Source of the DNA: Nitrospirota bacterium
GTDB taxonomy: Bacteria; Nitrospirota; Thermodesulfovibrionia; Thermodesulfovibrionales; SM23-35
Direction of reading: 5' to 3'
Assembly: GCA_963796125.1 (NCBI GenBank)
Contig: CAWCKM010000022.1
Coordinates: forward strand, 7,269 to 71,268
DNA length: 64,000 bases
Shown: in pieces, positions 20,944 to 31,964 of the stretch
Position numbering within the stretch: position 1 is the first letter of the stretch
How the letters are laid out: every line of letters begins with the position of its first letter
Position numbers and translations under genes: made by a program
The notes under the pieces: generated by a model
The model's input: only the letters and a program-made list of their open reading frames with translations
Databases searched by the model: none
What the model was told of the DNA's origin: nothing

Positions 20944-21426
20944 ATGGATAATAATTTGCACGACGAAATCGCTCAATTGGCATATGAACTGTATGAGAAG
21001 AGTGGCCGGATAGAAGGACGTGACATTGAAAACTGGAGTAAGGCAGAGAGAATCGTGAGGTCACGATATACGGTAGGGCGGAATAATGAAGCGATTGCAT
21101 CCGATAACAGAAAATATAACGGACATGAGAACAGAAGGCATAAAAGAGTAGCCGTGAAGGGAGTCCGGGGGTATATGTCACCTTCCTTAAACACAAAAAT
21201 AATCAACATCAGTGCTGAAGGAGCAGCAGTTGAGACAACAAAGAGGCTTATAATAAATAAAGAATACAATGTAAAGATCAATCACGGAGGATATGCTTTA
21301 CGAGTGAAAGGTCGTATAGTCTGGTCTTTGCTAACCAATATAGAGAGGAAACAATCAGGGGATATCATTGCTGTATATAAAGCCGGCATGAAATTTCAGC
21401 ACCCTTTGTTTAAAGTAAAGTTGTAA
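20944..21426 (+). CDS. DUF2934 plus PilZ domain protein
   Basis: IAQLAYELYEKSGRIEGRDIENWSKAER is the DUF2934 part. RRHKRV...NISAEGAAVE is PilZ-like. The ATG at 20944 is preferred over the ORF-track start at 20878. Confidence 0.7.
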   Translation: MDNNLHDEIAQLAYELYEKSGRIEGRDIENWSKAERIVRSRYTVGRNNEAIASDNRKYNGHENRRHKRVAVKGVRGYMSPSLNTKIINISAEGAAVETTKRLIINKEYNVKINHGGYALRVKGRIVWSLLTNIERKQSGDIIAVYKAGMKFQHPLFKVKL

Positions 21427-21684
21427 AAGAGAAGATTTGTTCCATCAGACAGTGTAAGACTTACTGTTAGTTTCTTCATCAACTGCGCACAGTGATCATT
21501 TCTGATTAGGTGCGCATGACACCTACTTGTCCGCACTCAATATCTACAGTAAAAAAAGTAACGATTACGGATGGAAAGTGAGAATGAAATGAGGTCGAGG
21601 AAACTCTCAGCCCCGTCTCTCAGGAAAATTAATGCTACTCTATGAGCCGCCATAGATTCAATACACTTACTTGTATATTTTAGT

Positions 21685-23711
21685 TCACTGCGTTGTTGCA
21701 CTTTTACAGCTTGAGTATGAAGAATAACCATAAGCATATGGCATAGCAGATGACTTCTGTATAGGCCCGCGACCCTATACGAATATGTTGTGCCTGAAGT
21801 TAGTCCTGTATTGCTATATGATGTGCTATTTGGGACCTTTGTATTTATCCTCTCCCAGGCAGTTGGTGAAGAACAGGCACCGAATTTCCTGTATATCTGG
21901 AAACCTGTCTCATTGGTGCTGTGGTCTGTCCATGTGAGGTTTATTCTGCTTGATGATACGGCAGATGCAGTAAGATCTATTGGTTTGTGTGGGACAATTG
22001 CTGTATTGGTACTCGGAGAACAAGGCATTGCTGTTACAGGCTTTCACGTAATAACTGTATGTGGTTGTTGTTGTATTGTCATCATGCACTGTCCATCGGT
22101 GTGGCTCACTGTACTAACCCCTGTTGTGGTTAGTAGAGTCCCACGGTTCTGTACCTTTCTTTCTGTATATCTTAAACCCTGTCTCGTCTGTGGAGTTATC
22201 TGTCCACGTCAGCTTTATCTGGCTTTCCGATAGTGGACGTTGCCTCAGGTTTGTTGGTGCATTTGGTGTTCCTGAAAGGGCTGTTTTAGCTGATGCACAA
22301 TTGGAATAGGCAGAGTTGCCACTTGCATTGTACGCCCTTACACGATAGGCGTATGTGGTATTTGCTGTTAGGCCTGTGTTGGTATGAGTTGTTACGTTTG
22401 CTCCTTTTGTTGCAATCTGTGTCAAAGTAGTTGCAGAATCACTGCAACTTCTTTTCTTTCTATCTTAAAGCCTGTTCATTGTTGGAGTTATCTTTCCACC
22501 CAAGGACTTTGCTTGATGAAGTAGCTTTTGCCGTGAAGTTTGAAGGTGCAGAAGGGGCCGGCAAAATACCCTGTCCATCGCGTACTGGCCAAACAAAAGA
22601 ATAGTCGACTGCCTTATTGCCGCCACCCGAAATAACACCATCTCCCATACCGATGACCCAAACATGATCCGGCGACCCTGAGACAGTAGTAGACGTCCAA
22701 TAGTAGTGTGGCGCGACATCTGTAAAAGGGTCTCCCTGCGTCCATTGCCCATTGCCCATTGTATTGGAAATCGCCGGATCGAGATATTTAAAATCAATAA
22801 GGCTTTCCAATTCTACCTGGTTCGGCAGCCGCCAATTTCCTGCCGACGACCCATCGGTCAGCCCGCATTGGCCATGTGCAAGCGCATTTGAATCAGTCAA
22901 AGCTTGGCTCCAGGATACTTGACCAAAACATTCTGCATTCTTGAGCCAGATCAAGCTGGTCAAATTATCTGATACCGTTCCATTGCTGTTGTCGTGAAAT
23001 CGAGGCGATGGCCAAGAAACTCCTCTTTGAAGAGCTCCGTCATCTCCCGAATGTTGGGACTGCGTCATACCCGTCTTCCATATGTTTGAAACATACAAAG
23101 GATCAGAAGCCCCAAACTGCCCGCCGCGCACCGGCCAGGCATATCCAACTTCGCTTGGATCGTTCCAACATAACACCCCTCCATCATCATACATGACAAC
23201 ATTCCAATAGGGGGTAGATGACCAGTAGAACCATGATTGTACTCCACTCAAGCCATATGTGTTGAGCCATTCAAGATCCATGAGCCGCATGGCAAACTGC
23301 CACATGTCTCTTCTCTGTAACCGGCATGCATAAGACTCCGAAGCTCATTTACGTTCGGGAGCCTCCGTTAGTCATACCGCAGAGCCCGCCGCTGCTATTG
23401 ATTGATGAAACATAATCCAGTGTCTGTGACCACGTCATCATATATGTAAACGGCAAGGCTCTTAACCACGTAAGCCCTGTGAGGTAGTCAATAACGCAGT
23501 TACCATTTTGTAAAAACCGTGGGTTCGGCCAGGCAACGCCTGCTTTAATGTCCCCATCCTGCCCCGTACCTGTACAGCTTATGACATTGCCGTCCGTGTC
23601 ATAACACTGCTTTTGGCCGGTCCGAGGAAGTTGAACCGTGCCAGCAAAGGAAACTGCCGGAATTAAAAACAATGCTCCTAAAATTATTAACCAAAAAATC
23701 TTTTTAACCAT
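21685..23711 (-). pseudogene. Secreted DUF1566 (Lcl C-terminal-like) plus three FN3 repeats surface protein, multiply frame-disrupted
   Basis: Signal peptide MVKKIFWLIILGALFLIPAVSFA, then TGQKQCYD...GTGQDGD...WPNPRF and WRLPNQVELESL (DUF1566). FN3 units follow: LTWTDNSTDETGFKIYRKK and LTWTDHSTNETGFQIYRK. The gene is spread over at least 5 ORF fragments. Confidence 0.7.
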
Positions 23712-23996
23712 AACTGTACCCCCCTCTTTATGAATCTTAATTTTATCTATGACAGAAATAAGAAACCGACCTTCCACTCTTGGCGGCTCGAACGATTGGT
23801 TGGACGGTCATTCTTCTATTCCTTTTCCCTCTCTATAAATGGTTAAAGTGGCAACGGCCTAAAGAGACCCTTTTATTTACAACGCCCTGCATTATACCCG
23901 TCGAATAAAATCCATTTGCTCAATTGCCCATTAACAAAAACAAGCTTATATGCAGAAACTAAACAGAAACTAAAGGGGTCAAATATAACTATAACT

Positions 23997-25049
23997 AAAG
24001 GGGTCGATTCTTTCATATTGACAATCGTTGCTCCAGCCGTTTTATTAGGGTTTTTATCTCAGGCTGATTCTCCACTCTCTCCCTTAATCGTCTCCTTCCC
24101 TGGCTAACTGTGCTGTAATCTAATCCGAACATCTTCCCGATTTCAACTCCGGTCATGCCTCCCATCCGATATAACAGATCCATTGATATTTGCCTGTAAA
24201 GCCCTCCTTCTGTTTTCAAATCTCCAAAAACCTTGCCCGTCATTTCCTCGATAACCTTTATAATCTCTTCTTTTGCCCGATAGCTCTTTATCTTGTTCAG
24301 CGCAGGACATTCCCTATCCACCTTACTTTTCAAGAATTGATTCTTTATCCATCCGATAAACTGCTCCCCTCCAAGTATACTCTGCCCCACGATGCTGTCC
24401 TTTATTTCAAGTCCGGAGGAAATATCCCCCTAATTCTCACCCTGTAAGCCTTTCTCCCTTTGTCGTTGTCTCCACCGTATTCACCTAATACCGTTTCGTA
24501 ATGGATGCCTTTTTGTTTACTGTTACTATCAATATATCCCGGCAGACTGCTCCACTGATAGTCCGCGAGATACCCCATTTTCTGTTCTTCCTGCAGGCTC
24601 TTTGTCTTTTTCGTCCTGATTGGGTTTAGATGGATGTAACGAGAAAGAACTGAAAGATAGGCATCCTTGTCAACGATAATACTTTTGTATCTGCCCTGAT
24701 AGAGATGTCCCGTCCTCCTATGTCGACGATTGAAATAGCTCGTATAGGTTATGTTGAAGTGTCGCATGAATGCCCCGAGATTACCAAGAGGTGTCTCCAC
24801 AAGGAGATGAAAATGGTTGTTCATAAGCACATAGCTGTAAAGAATTACACTGTATGTATGAAGGGACTGAAAGAGAATTTTGAGAAACTGCTCACGGTCA
24901 AGATCATCTTTGAAGATTTCTTTCCTTTCATTGCCGCACTTGTCACATGATAGACTGCGTTGGCGTATTGTATTCTTAAGGGTCTTGCCATGCCTATTTT
25001 TATAGCATAGTTCCCTATCACTGTCAAGAATAAAGAATTGACCCCTTTT
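23997..25049 (-). mobile_element. Second RayT-like unit bounded by about 17-bp inverted repeats
   Basis: Left flank 23997-24013 is aaaggggtcgattcttt. Right flank 25032-25049 is aaagaattgacccctttt (reverse complement aaaaggggtcaattcttt). Extra GGGGTC cores occur at 23972 and, inverted, at about 23861. Confidence 0.55.
24013..25027 (-). pseudogene. RayT-like/IS200-like Y1 transposase, diverged paralogue, about 3 frame fragments
   Basis: Fragments are MARPLRIQYANAVYHVTS (24845-25027), NNHFHLLVETP...GHLYQGRYK...YIHLNPIR (24402-24830) and a C-terminal HTH-like fragment (24013-24390). Confidence 0.75.
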
Positions 25050-25562
25050 TACCTTCTTCTTGTTGCTCTTTGTTAGAGAAGAAATTGGTAATAGTTAGTT
25101 CTTTCTTACATGTACTACAGAGTTTTGTTGCATCTGGATACTTTTCATAATAAATCTGTGGGGTCATCCCATGATACATTTTTCAGGTGATTTCTAAGTT
25201 CTCTATTAGAACTATTCTCCTATGACATATTTTACAGTGCATACTTATTGCATAACAGATAATTTCTTTTTTAAGTTCACCTTCGGCAGTTCGGCCTCAC
25301 CCTCCGCTTTCTTGAATTTTTAGGCTTAATACTAAATATCGGGGCCTATTGTTTGTAGATAATCTTGAATAATTTTTAGTTTAGATCAATTTTTAATCCT
25401 CTGTGGAGTTTAACAAGTTACTTTAAATGTGCGAAAGATCCGTCAAGGGAATTTGTAGTATTGGGGATGTTTAGTTCTGATGGCGCTTATAAGTAAAAAG
25501 ATATGGCAAGTTATTTTTAAGACTTCTATATGCTGCCCTTAATAGGACGTTGTCCCTTTCTT

Positions 25563-26950
25563 TAGTTGAAGTAAGAAGCACCCGTTAAACATATCTTAAG
25601 CTGCCTTCTCCTTTACATCAATAATTGATCTCCGTTGCAGGGTCATCAGCAGTTTCGGTATTTCCTGATATCCATTCACACGTCTGAATTTCTTCTCCGC
25701 TCTGAGAATCGCTGCAACAGCCCATCTCTGAATCATGTCACCTTTTCGCCACCGTTTCACACGGTCAGTAACTGTCCTCATAATGGAAAAACAAGATTCT
25801 ATTGGATTGGTGCTGGAAAGGACTTTCTTTAAATGGCCTGTGATACCTAACCGGTGAACCGTGAGCGTCTCCTCCAATCCTTCTTCTAAACTCCTCGCTG
25901 CACTGGGATTTAGCCGCTCCAGATACTTCACGGTTAACTCTAAGGACTTCTTTGCGTCTTCATAGTTGGCCATATTATAAGCTGTGCGAAGACGGGTATC
26001 AATCGTTCCTTGATGTTCCGGGGGAAGGTGCTCCTTCACATTCCTTCTTTTATGTTGCTGACATCTCTGCACCGATGCGTCTTTACCAAATATTTTTGTC
26101 ACCGCCGACCGTAACGCCTTCGATCCATCGAGAACAAACAGATAATCCTTGCTCGTATCCAGACCTCTGCCCTGCATATCTTCCAGAAGATTTCTGCAGA
26201 TCTCTGTATTTTCTGTCGCCCCTTGCCATAACCCCATCACGTGTTTCTTTCCCGTCACATCTATCCCCAACGATACAATAAGATGCTCTCCTTTGAATTC
26301 TATCCCATCAATGAATATCACACAGATATCCAGATCGGCGAGCGTGCGCTCCAGAAAATCCTTCATCTGCTCAGTCGTAGCCTGGATGAAATGACGGCTT
26401 ACGCTGGACTTCTTTATCCCGTATCCCTGAATAAGCTTTTCAATTGTCTCTTCGTAATTCCGAGATGATATCCCTAAGACCATATCCTTCAGAAGTGTGC
26501 TCCTCATTCGCTGAGGATTCTGAAATGCACTGTATGTATCAAGAGAAACCTCTTTGCCGGCTTTGCTTCGAATCCGAGGCCGATCTATCAAGACCTTCTG
26601 CCCCTCAAAACAGACCGTACCAACCTGACTTCCCCACCAGTGAGCTTGCCGCATAGGGTTCCTTGCATGCTTTTTACCAGCTCTCTGCTCTGCCTCAGAT
26701 TCTATAACAGCAGAGATAACCATTAACCCTATCTCACGACCAAGCTCTTCGACGATCCCTGTCGTCCCAGATAAAACCTCAGCTATCGGAAGAGGCACCT
26801 CAATGGTTACCTGTCCCTCCCTGATTTCCCTGATTTTACCGTTTGCTTTCCGTGCCATTTTCCGGTATTCTCTTTTCATAAGCGACTCCTTTAAATTTGA
26901 TGGTTAATAAGGTAAATCAGTTTAATCGAGTCGCTTACTTACTTCAACTA
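25563..26950 (-). mobile_element. IS256-family insertion sequence
   Basis: Terminal inverted repeats are tagttgaagtaag (25563-25575) and cttacttcaacta (26938-26950). They enclose a Mutator-type transposase gene. No clear target-site duplication was seen. Confidence 0.8.
25596..26879 (-). CDS. IS256-family (Mutator-type DDE) transposase
   Basis: 427 aa with FIDGIEFKG...SLGIDVTGKKHVMG, VLDGSKALRSAV, QRCQQHKRRNV and STNPIESCFS blocks typical of Transposase_mut. Confidence 0.9.
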   Translation of the reverse strand: MKREYRKMARKANGKIREIREGQVTIEVPLPIAEVLSGTTGIVEELGREIGLMVISAVIESEAEQRAGKKHARNPMRQAHWWGSQVGTVCFEGQKVLIDRPRIRSKAGKEVSLDTYSAFQNPQRMRSTLLKDMVLGISSRNYEETIEKLIQGYGIKKSSVSRHFIQATTEQMKDFLERTLADLDICVIFIDGIEFKGEHLIVSLGIDVTGKKHVMGLWQGATENTEICRNLLEDMQGRGLDTSKDYLFVLDGSKALRSAVTKIFGKDASVQRCQQHKRRNVKEHLPPEHQGTIDTRLRTAYNMANYEDAKKSLELTVKYLERLNPSAARSLEEGLEETLTVHRLGITGHLKKVLSSTNPIESCFSIMRTVTDRVKRWRKGDMIQRWAVAAILRAEKKFRRVNGYQEIPKLLMTLQRRSIIDVKEKAA

Positions 26951-27044
26951 TTTGAGGGACATGCTCCTACAAGAGATTGAAATGCGTAATGAATTAATAA
27001 GTTCAGACATATTTCGTGATAAAATACAAAGTATGGCTCTTGAT

Positions 27045-28043
27045 TTAGACAGTCACTTCTACACGGTTTCTGCCTTTCTTCTTTGCTTCATACATGGCAT
27101 CGTCTGCCCGTTTTATCAAACCGTCCTCTGTATCATTTTCCCTGAATTCTGTTACGCCAAAACTTACTGTAACTTTTCCAACATCTTCAAACGTGGAGTT
27201 TTCTATTATTTCCCTTATTCTCTCTGCCAATGCAGAAGCCTCTTTTAAATTGGTTTCTGAAGAAATTATCATGAATTCTTCACCACCCCATCTAACAAAG
27301 TAGTCTATTTTTCTTATGCTCTCTCTTACAATATCAGCTATGGTTTTTAATACATAGTCGCCGGCACTATGCCCGTATCTGTCATTTACTTTCTTAAAGC
27401 GGTCAATATCAAATATTATTATGGATAATGGTTGATTGTGTCTCTTAACTCTCTCTATTTCTCTTTCTAATATTTCATGACACTTTGTTCTGTTATAGGC
27501 TCCTGTCAGTTTGTCTGTTGCTGCAAGTCTTCTGAGTTCCTCCTCCGCCAGTTTACGCCCGGTGATGTCTTCAATTAACCCGTCATAATGCGTCATCAGT
27601 CCTTGATGATCACGGTGGGGCACCATGGTGTTGCGAATCCAAACCACTTTACCATCACGGCGGATTATCCGATGTTCAATGGGCGGAACCTCATTGCCGG
27701 CGAGTATCTTATTGATCGAATTTTCTACCATCACCTTGTCATCCGGGTAGATCATCCTGTGCCATAAATAGGGATTGGATTCGTAATCCTCAGGATGGTA
27801 CCCTGTGATTGGAAGACATCCTATGCTATGGCTTGTAGAGATTGCATACCCATCTCTGACTTCTACTGAATAAGTATAGGCGGTAACTGCATTGATCAAC
27901 CGTTTGTAGCGTTCTTCACTTTCTCTAAGCGCCTGCTCTGTTTGCTTGCGCTGTGCTTCCAATCTTTCAAAATCAGCAATCCGCTGACGTAATGCCTCCA
28001 ATTCATTTATAAGCTGCTCTTTTGTGTACTCTTCATTTGTCAT
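27045..28043 (-). CDS. Coiled-coil/PAS sensor diguanylate cyclase (GGDEF)
   Basis: RWGGEEFMII active site and RYGHSAGDYVLK. A PAS-like region (RIIRRDGKVVWIRN) precedes it. Confidence 0.9.
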   Translation of the reverse strand: MTNEEYTKEQLINELEALRQRIADFERLEAQRKQTEQALRESEERYKRLINAVTAYTYSVEVRDGYAISTSHSIGCLPITGYHPEDYESNPYLWHRMIYPDDKVMVENSINKILAGNEVPPIEHRIIRRDGKVVWIRNTMVPHRDHQGLMTHYDGLIEDITGRKLAEEELRRLAATDKLTGAYNRTKCHEILEREIERVKRHNQPLSIIIFDIDRFKKVNDRYGHSAGDYVLKTIADIVRESIRKIDYFVRWGGEEFMIISSETNLKEASALAERIREIIENSTFEDVGKVTVSFGVTEFRENDTEDGLIKRADDAMYEAKKKGRNRVEVTV

Positions 28044-28117
28044 GCGTATAATGGATAATAGAAGGCGAATTCATACATATTTGTTTCAATTATAATATAC
28101 ATAAAGTGTCTTTGTCC

Positions 28118-28212
28118 GTCATGCCCGCAGGTTCCCTGCTTACAACTTGCGGGGACAGGCTCCAGCGGGCATCCAGGTTTTTCTGGATTCCCTGGTCAAG
28201 CCGGAAAAAGAC
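28118..28212. repeat. MITE-like palindromic element, diverged copy
   Basis: Sequence gtcatgcccgcag...ccagcgggcatccag...ctggattccctggtcaagccgg, with the same architecture as the other copies. Confidence 0.5.
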
Positions 28213-28298
28213 AAAAACAAATCCTCTGAGTTCAAATTGCCCGCAACAATTTCTTTTATTCGTGAAATGTTATACGATTAGAGGCCGGGGGTAACATT

Positions 28299-29318
28299 AT
28301 GAAATTTAAATATCTCTTTACCGTGCTTCGTACAATGAAAATACCCGGTCTGTTTCCGATCATTAAAGACTGGCAATCTTTCCTGAGGATGCATTTTATC
28401 TATGCTGCAATTGAATCAGGTCTTCTTGAAGCTTTGGGCACTCCCTCCTCCAGAGAGGAGTTGGTTCAAAAACTTAATGTAAAGCGGCCGGAGATCCTTG
28501 ATGCACTCCTTGATGTCGGGCTTTCAGTCAAAGAACTCGCATATAAAAACGGCTCATACAGTATTAAAGGGAAAAGATCCAAAGCTGTTATAGGTAGCAA
28601 AGGCGATGTGTTGGTGTCTATGATTCAAGCTAATATAACTTATTACAGTTCTGCATATCGTGGCGCAGCAGACCGTATGCACGGAGCTCCGCTTGGTAAT
28701 GATCTTGAGAAAATAGGCGGCTTGGTCGCAAGATTCTCAAAAATCGGCGAACCTTTCATTAAGGAGTTTATCGAAGATATTGTTATTGGAAAAGATTCCA
28801 TGAGGATTCTGGATGTCGGATGTGGGTCAGGAATATTCCTGCAAAGTATTTTTAACGCCAATCACGCGGCAATCGGCATCGGCATCGATATAGACAAGGT
28901 GGTAGTCGAGCAAGCCAGGCAAAACATTGAAAAATGGGGACTGAATGATAAGTTCAGGATTATCGCAGGAGATATCCGTGTTTCTCCTGATAGTCTCGAC
29001 GGCCCTTTTGACTTAATAACATTGTTTAATATTCTTTACTATTTCCCTTCTGAGGAACGTCTTGAATTGCTACGGAGACTTCGTTCAATCCTGGCCCCTC
29101 GTGGCACAATAGCTATTGCTATGAATTTGCGGAGCAGAGGCAAAGACCTTGGAGCGGCAAATCTTAATATGGTTAATGCTTCCCTTAAAGGATTAACGCC
29201 TTTGCCTGATCTGGATGAAATTACAATTCAGTTAAAGAGCAGCGGTTTTAATAAGATCAAGCCACAAAGACTTATTCCGACAAGCACATTTTATGGAATT
29301 GCCGCCAATATTGAGTGA
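28299..29318 (+). CDS. Class I SAM-dependent methyltransferase with N-terminal dimerisation/wHTH-like domain (O-methyltransferase-like)
   Basis: ILDVGCGSGIFL motif I and FDLITLFNILYYF motif. 339 aa. Confidence 0.75.
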   Translation: MKFKYLFTVLRTMKIPGLFPIIKDWQSFLRMHFIYAAIESGLLEALGTPSSREELVQKLNVKRPEILDALLDVGLSVKELAYKNGSYSIKGKRSKAVIGSKGDVLVSMIQANITYYSSAYRGAADRMHGAPLGNDLEKIGGLVARFSKIGEPFIKEFIEDIVIGKDSMRILDVGCGSGIFLQSIFNANHAAIGIGIDIDKVVVEQARQNIEKWGLNDKFRIIAGDIRVSPDSLDGPFDLITLFNILYYFPSEERLELLRRLRSILAPRGTIAIAMNLRSRGKDLGAANLNMVNASLKGLTPLPDLDEITIQLKSSGFNKIKPQRLIPTSTFYGIAANIE

Positions 29319-29543
29319 TTAATTTCAGGCTTAGCAATCTGTGATATATATGCCATCTGTCAGTTCGGGAATCGCTGTTTTCACTGGTATTTTTCTGTAT
29401 ATTTAAGGCTGGCACTTAGAATGTTGACCTCTCTTTAAGGTGCCGAATTGGTACCTTAAAAGCTCATCATATTCTTTTTTGTTGAGTTGAAACATGCAGT
29501 AATGGAAAACGTCTTTATGTTGCGTCTCACATAAGTTAATTTT

Positions 29544-29586
29544 GTAAGACAAACACCTACAAGAAAATCAGAAAAACACCGATACT
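29544..29586 (+). promoter_or_regulatory. Promoter-like motif copy
   Basis: Sequence gtaagacaaacacctacaagaaaatcagaaaaacaccgatact, about 130 bp upstream of 29711/29726. Confidence 0.4.
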
Positions 29587-29710
29587 CTAATCTGTTTTTT
29601 TACAGTATACATTATCTGGGAGTAAAGATTTCGAACAACTCAAATGATAAGAAAAGAGGATTGCATGTCAAAAAGAATCATACAGAGAGCACTATATTTA
29701 AAAACCTCAA

Positions 29711-29986
29711 ATGAAAGGATTTACTATGCCGTCTATAGCTATATTCACCTTCGATCCTCAGAAGTTCGATGAAGTTTTTGAAAGACGAAAGCAAGAACGA
29801 GCGTCCGCATGCGGAAAAACAAAAATACTTGGTGAGTGGTGCGATACAAAAAATGGCCGAGTAGTTCGCCTTGTTGAAGGTGGAGATCTTGGAGCAGTCT
29901 TAGCTGCTTACCGCATGTGGTCTGATCTTGGAACCCTGAAAATATTTCCTGTAACGGATACGACAGAATTGATTGACCATGTTTGA
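29711..29986 (+). CDS. Small conserved-looking protein (possibly DUF3303-like); the true start may be ATG 29726
   Basis: 86-91 aa ORF. The C-terminal WSDLGTLKIFPV resembles my recollection of DUF3303. The family assignment is weak. Confidence 0.4.
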   Translation: MKGFTMPSIAIFTFDPQKFDEVFERRKQERASACGKTKILGEWCDTKNGRVVRLVEGGDLGAVLAAYRMWSDLGTLKIFPVTDTTELIDHV

Positions 29987-30404
29987 AGAGAACAATTCCC
30001 CTCCTTTCTTTTGAACTTCAAAGTGTAGCTTTGTAGGCGCAGCCCTCGAAAATGCTATGTTTAGTTCGGGGCGGGGCGAAGATGCACAGAAATTCATAGA
30101 CTCATGAGAGTCATCTTTGCAATGCTGTCGCACAGAACATATTTTCAGGAGGAGTGTATATAGTTGACTGAAACAAACGCTTCCTAATATCTCGATAGAA
30201 AGCAAGGGTTCACTTAAAAGTGAATGCCTTGCAGGGTTTTTGATCTGCGTCGAGAACTTACCAGAGTGTGATTTTTTAAATATCTTCTCACAACATAACA
30301 TTTCAAACAGAAATCCTTACCCACATTTAAAATATTTGTTTACAAATCCTTCACAAGAAAAGTACAATTATCTAAATTTTTTTGGAAAAGGGGGTGAGGG
30401 AGGT

Positions 30405-30762
30405 ATGATGAGAAACAAAATCATCGCTATGTTTATCATTCTTGGTCTTGTTGTCGGCGGATCGTTGAGTGTTTATGCTGCTGAAAAAGGGGTGGTCTGC
30501 TGAGCCCGCAAAAAAGGAGATGACAACTCCTCAGAAGCAACCTGCTAAGGTTGCACCAGAGAATCAGCCTGCTGGCAAAAAGGAAGCTACAACAGAAACA
30601 CAGCCTCATATGAAAGCTGCTCTCGAATCGTTACGGAAAGCTCTGGCAGAGTTGGAGAAAAGTTCCTCTGATAAAGGCGGACACAGGGAAAAGGCGATCG
30701 ACCTCGTCAGGCGTGCTATTGATGAAGTGAAAGAGGGCTTGCAATACGATGTCAAGCACTAA
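30405..30762 (+). CDS. Secreted small helical protein; apparent frameshift near 30490
   Basis: Signal peptide MMRNKIIAMFIILGLVVGGSLSVYA in ORF 30240-30503. The mature part (HMKAALESLRKALAELEK...) lies in ORF 30469-30762. RBS GGGAGG precedes the start. Confidence 0.5.
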
Positions 30763-30779
30763 GTAATCTCTTAAAAAAA

Positions 30780-30810
30780 GGCCCTGCCTTTTGTCAGGGC
30801 CTTTTTTTTT
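30780..30810 (+). terminator. Rho-independent terminator
   Basis: Sequence ggccctg-ccttttgt-cagggcc followed by nine T. Confidence 0.8.
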
Positions 30811-31120
30811 ATGAAATGTATTGATATTTTCAGCCTATAATAATGTCTTCGAGTTTAAAAACCCAGAGGGTGACAACTAACGAGTTTTTAGACAGGCTCC
30901 CACATCCTATGTTCTTCAAGCATGTTTTCTCTCTTGTAGATCCTGAAATAGATTCAGTATGACAGGCTGGAAAATTCTGACCCTTCATTTAGTACTTCCT
31001 GCAGTGTGATTTTTAAATATTGCCCCGCAATGCAGCATTTCAAACTTAAATCAACAGCATAAACAAGTCAGCATTTTCTATACCAAACAGGGTAGAAATT
31101 ATTTTTCATCACCACACACC

Positions 31121-31964
31121 TTGATTGTTTTCAATTATGGAAATAATATTCTCGCCATCTATCCATTGCAGATCACTGGAACAAACTACTCTGAATTCTC
31201 CATATTGAATGACAACTGTTCAGGAAAGATTTTAATGCCATTCGAGAATTGTCCCGTAGATTTGGTATTTTCACCAGCATCAGAAGGCCCTAAAAATGCC
31301 AATTTAAGTATCGTATCCAACGACCCTGATACCCCTACACTGGATGTGCCATTGCGTGGTACAGGAATGCCCTTAGGGAATGCACCCATGGCACCCACAA
31401 ATCTTAATGCAACATCTATATCTGCAAGCGTGATAAAACTGACATGGACAGATAACTCCACAGATGAGACGAGTTTCAAGATTTACAGAAAGAAGGATTC
31501 AGGTTCATGGAAACTTATAGCGACGAAAGGGGTGGATATCGTAAGCCACACTAATTGGACGGCGACAGGAAATACGTACCACAACCACTTACAGTTATTA
31601 CGTGACGGCATGTAACAGTAGTGGATGTTCACCTTGCAACCAAATGGGCAGGTTGTTCCATACAAACCAATGGCTCTTTCAGCAATTGCCTTATCATCTA
31701 ACCAGGATAGACCTCTCATGGACTGACACAAGCAACAATGAGACAGGGGTTCAAATATACAAGAAGACAGGGAGTTGTTCATCCACAAATTCCTGGGTAG
31801 AGATAAAAACAACGGGGCCTAATATTACCTCATACAGCGATACAGGATTAACTTCAGGTACAACATATTCGTATAAGGTGAGGGCATACAAGGAGTCATC
31901 GAATATGCCCTATGCATATGGTTATTCTCTCTATACGGGTTGTAAAAGTGCAACAACGCCGTGA
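31121..31964 (+). pseudogene. 5-prime-truncated, frameshifted surface protein fragment (ASH/choice-of-anchor-D-like beta domain plus 2 FN3 repeats)
   Basis: ITGTNYSEFSILNDNCSG...SNDPDTPTLDVPLRGTG, then LTWTDNSTDETSFKIYRKK and LSWTDTSNNETGVQIYKK...GTTYSYKVRAY. There is no signal peptide or start upstream. The 3-prime end is about 80 percent identical by eye to the 3-prime end of 21685-23711. Confidence 0.65.

Noticed and set aside
29409-29426. Sigma-54 promoter (ctggcacttagaatgttg).
   Set aside because: The TGGCAC element is present, but the -12 element is TGTT rather than TTGC, and there is no nearby enhancer-binding-protein gene or obvious target gene.
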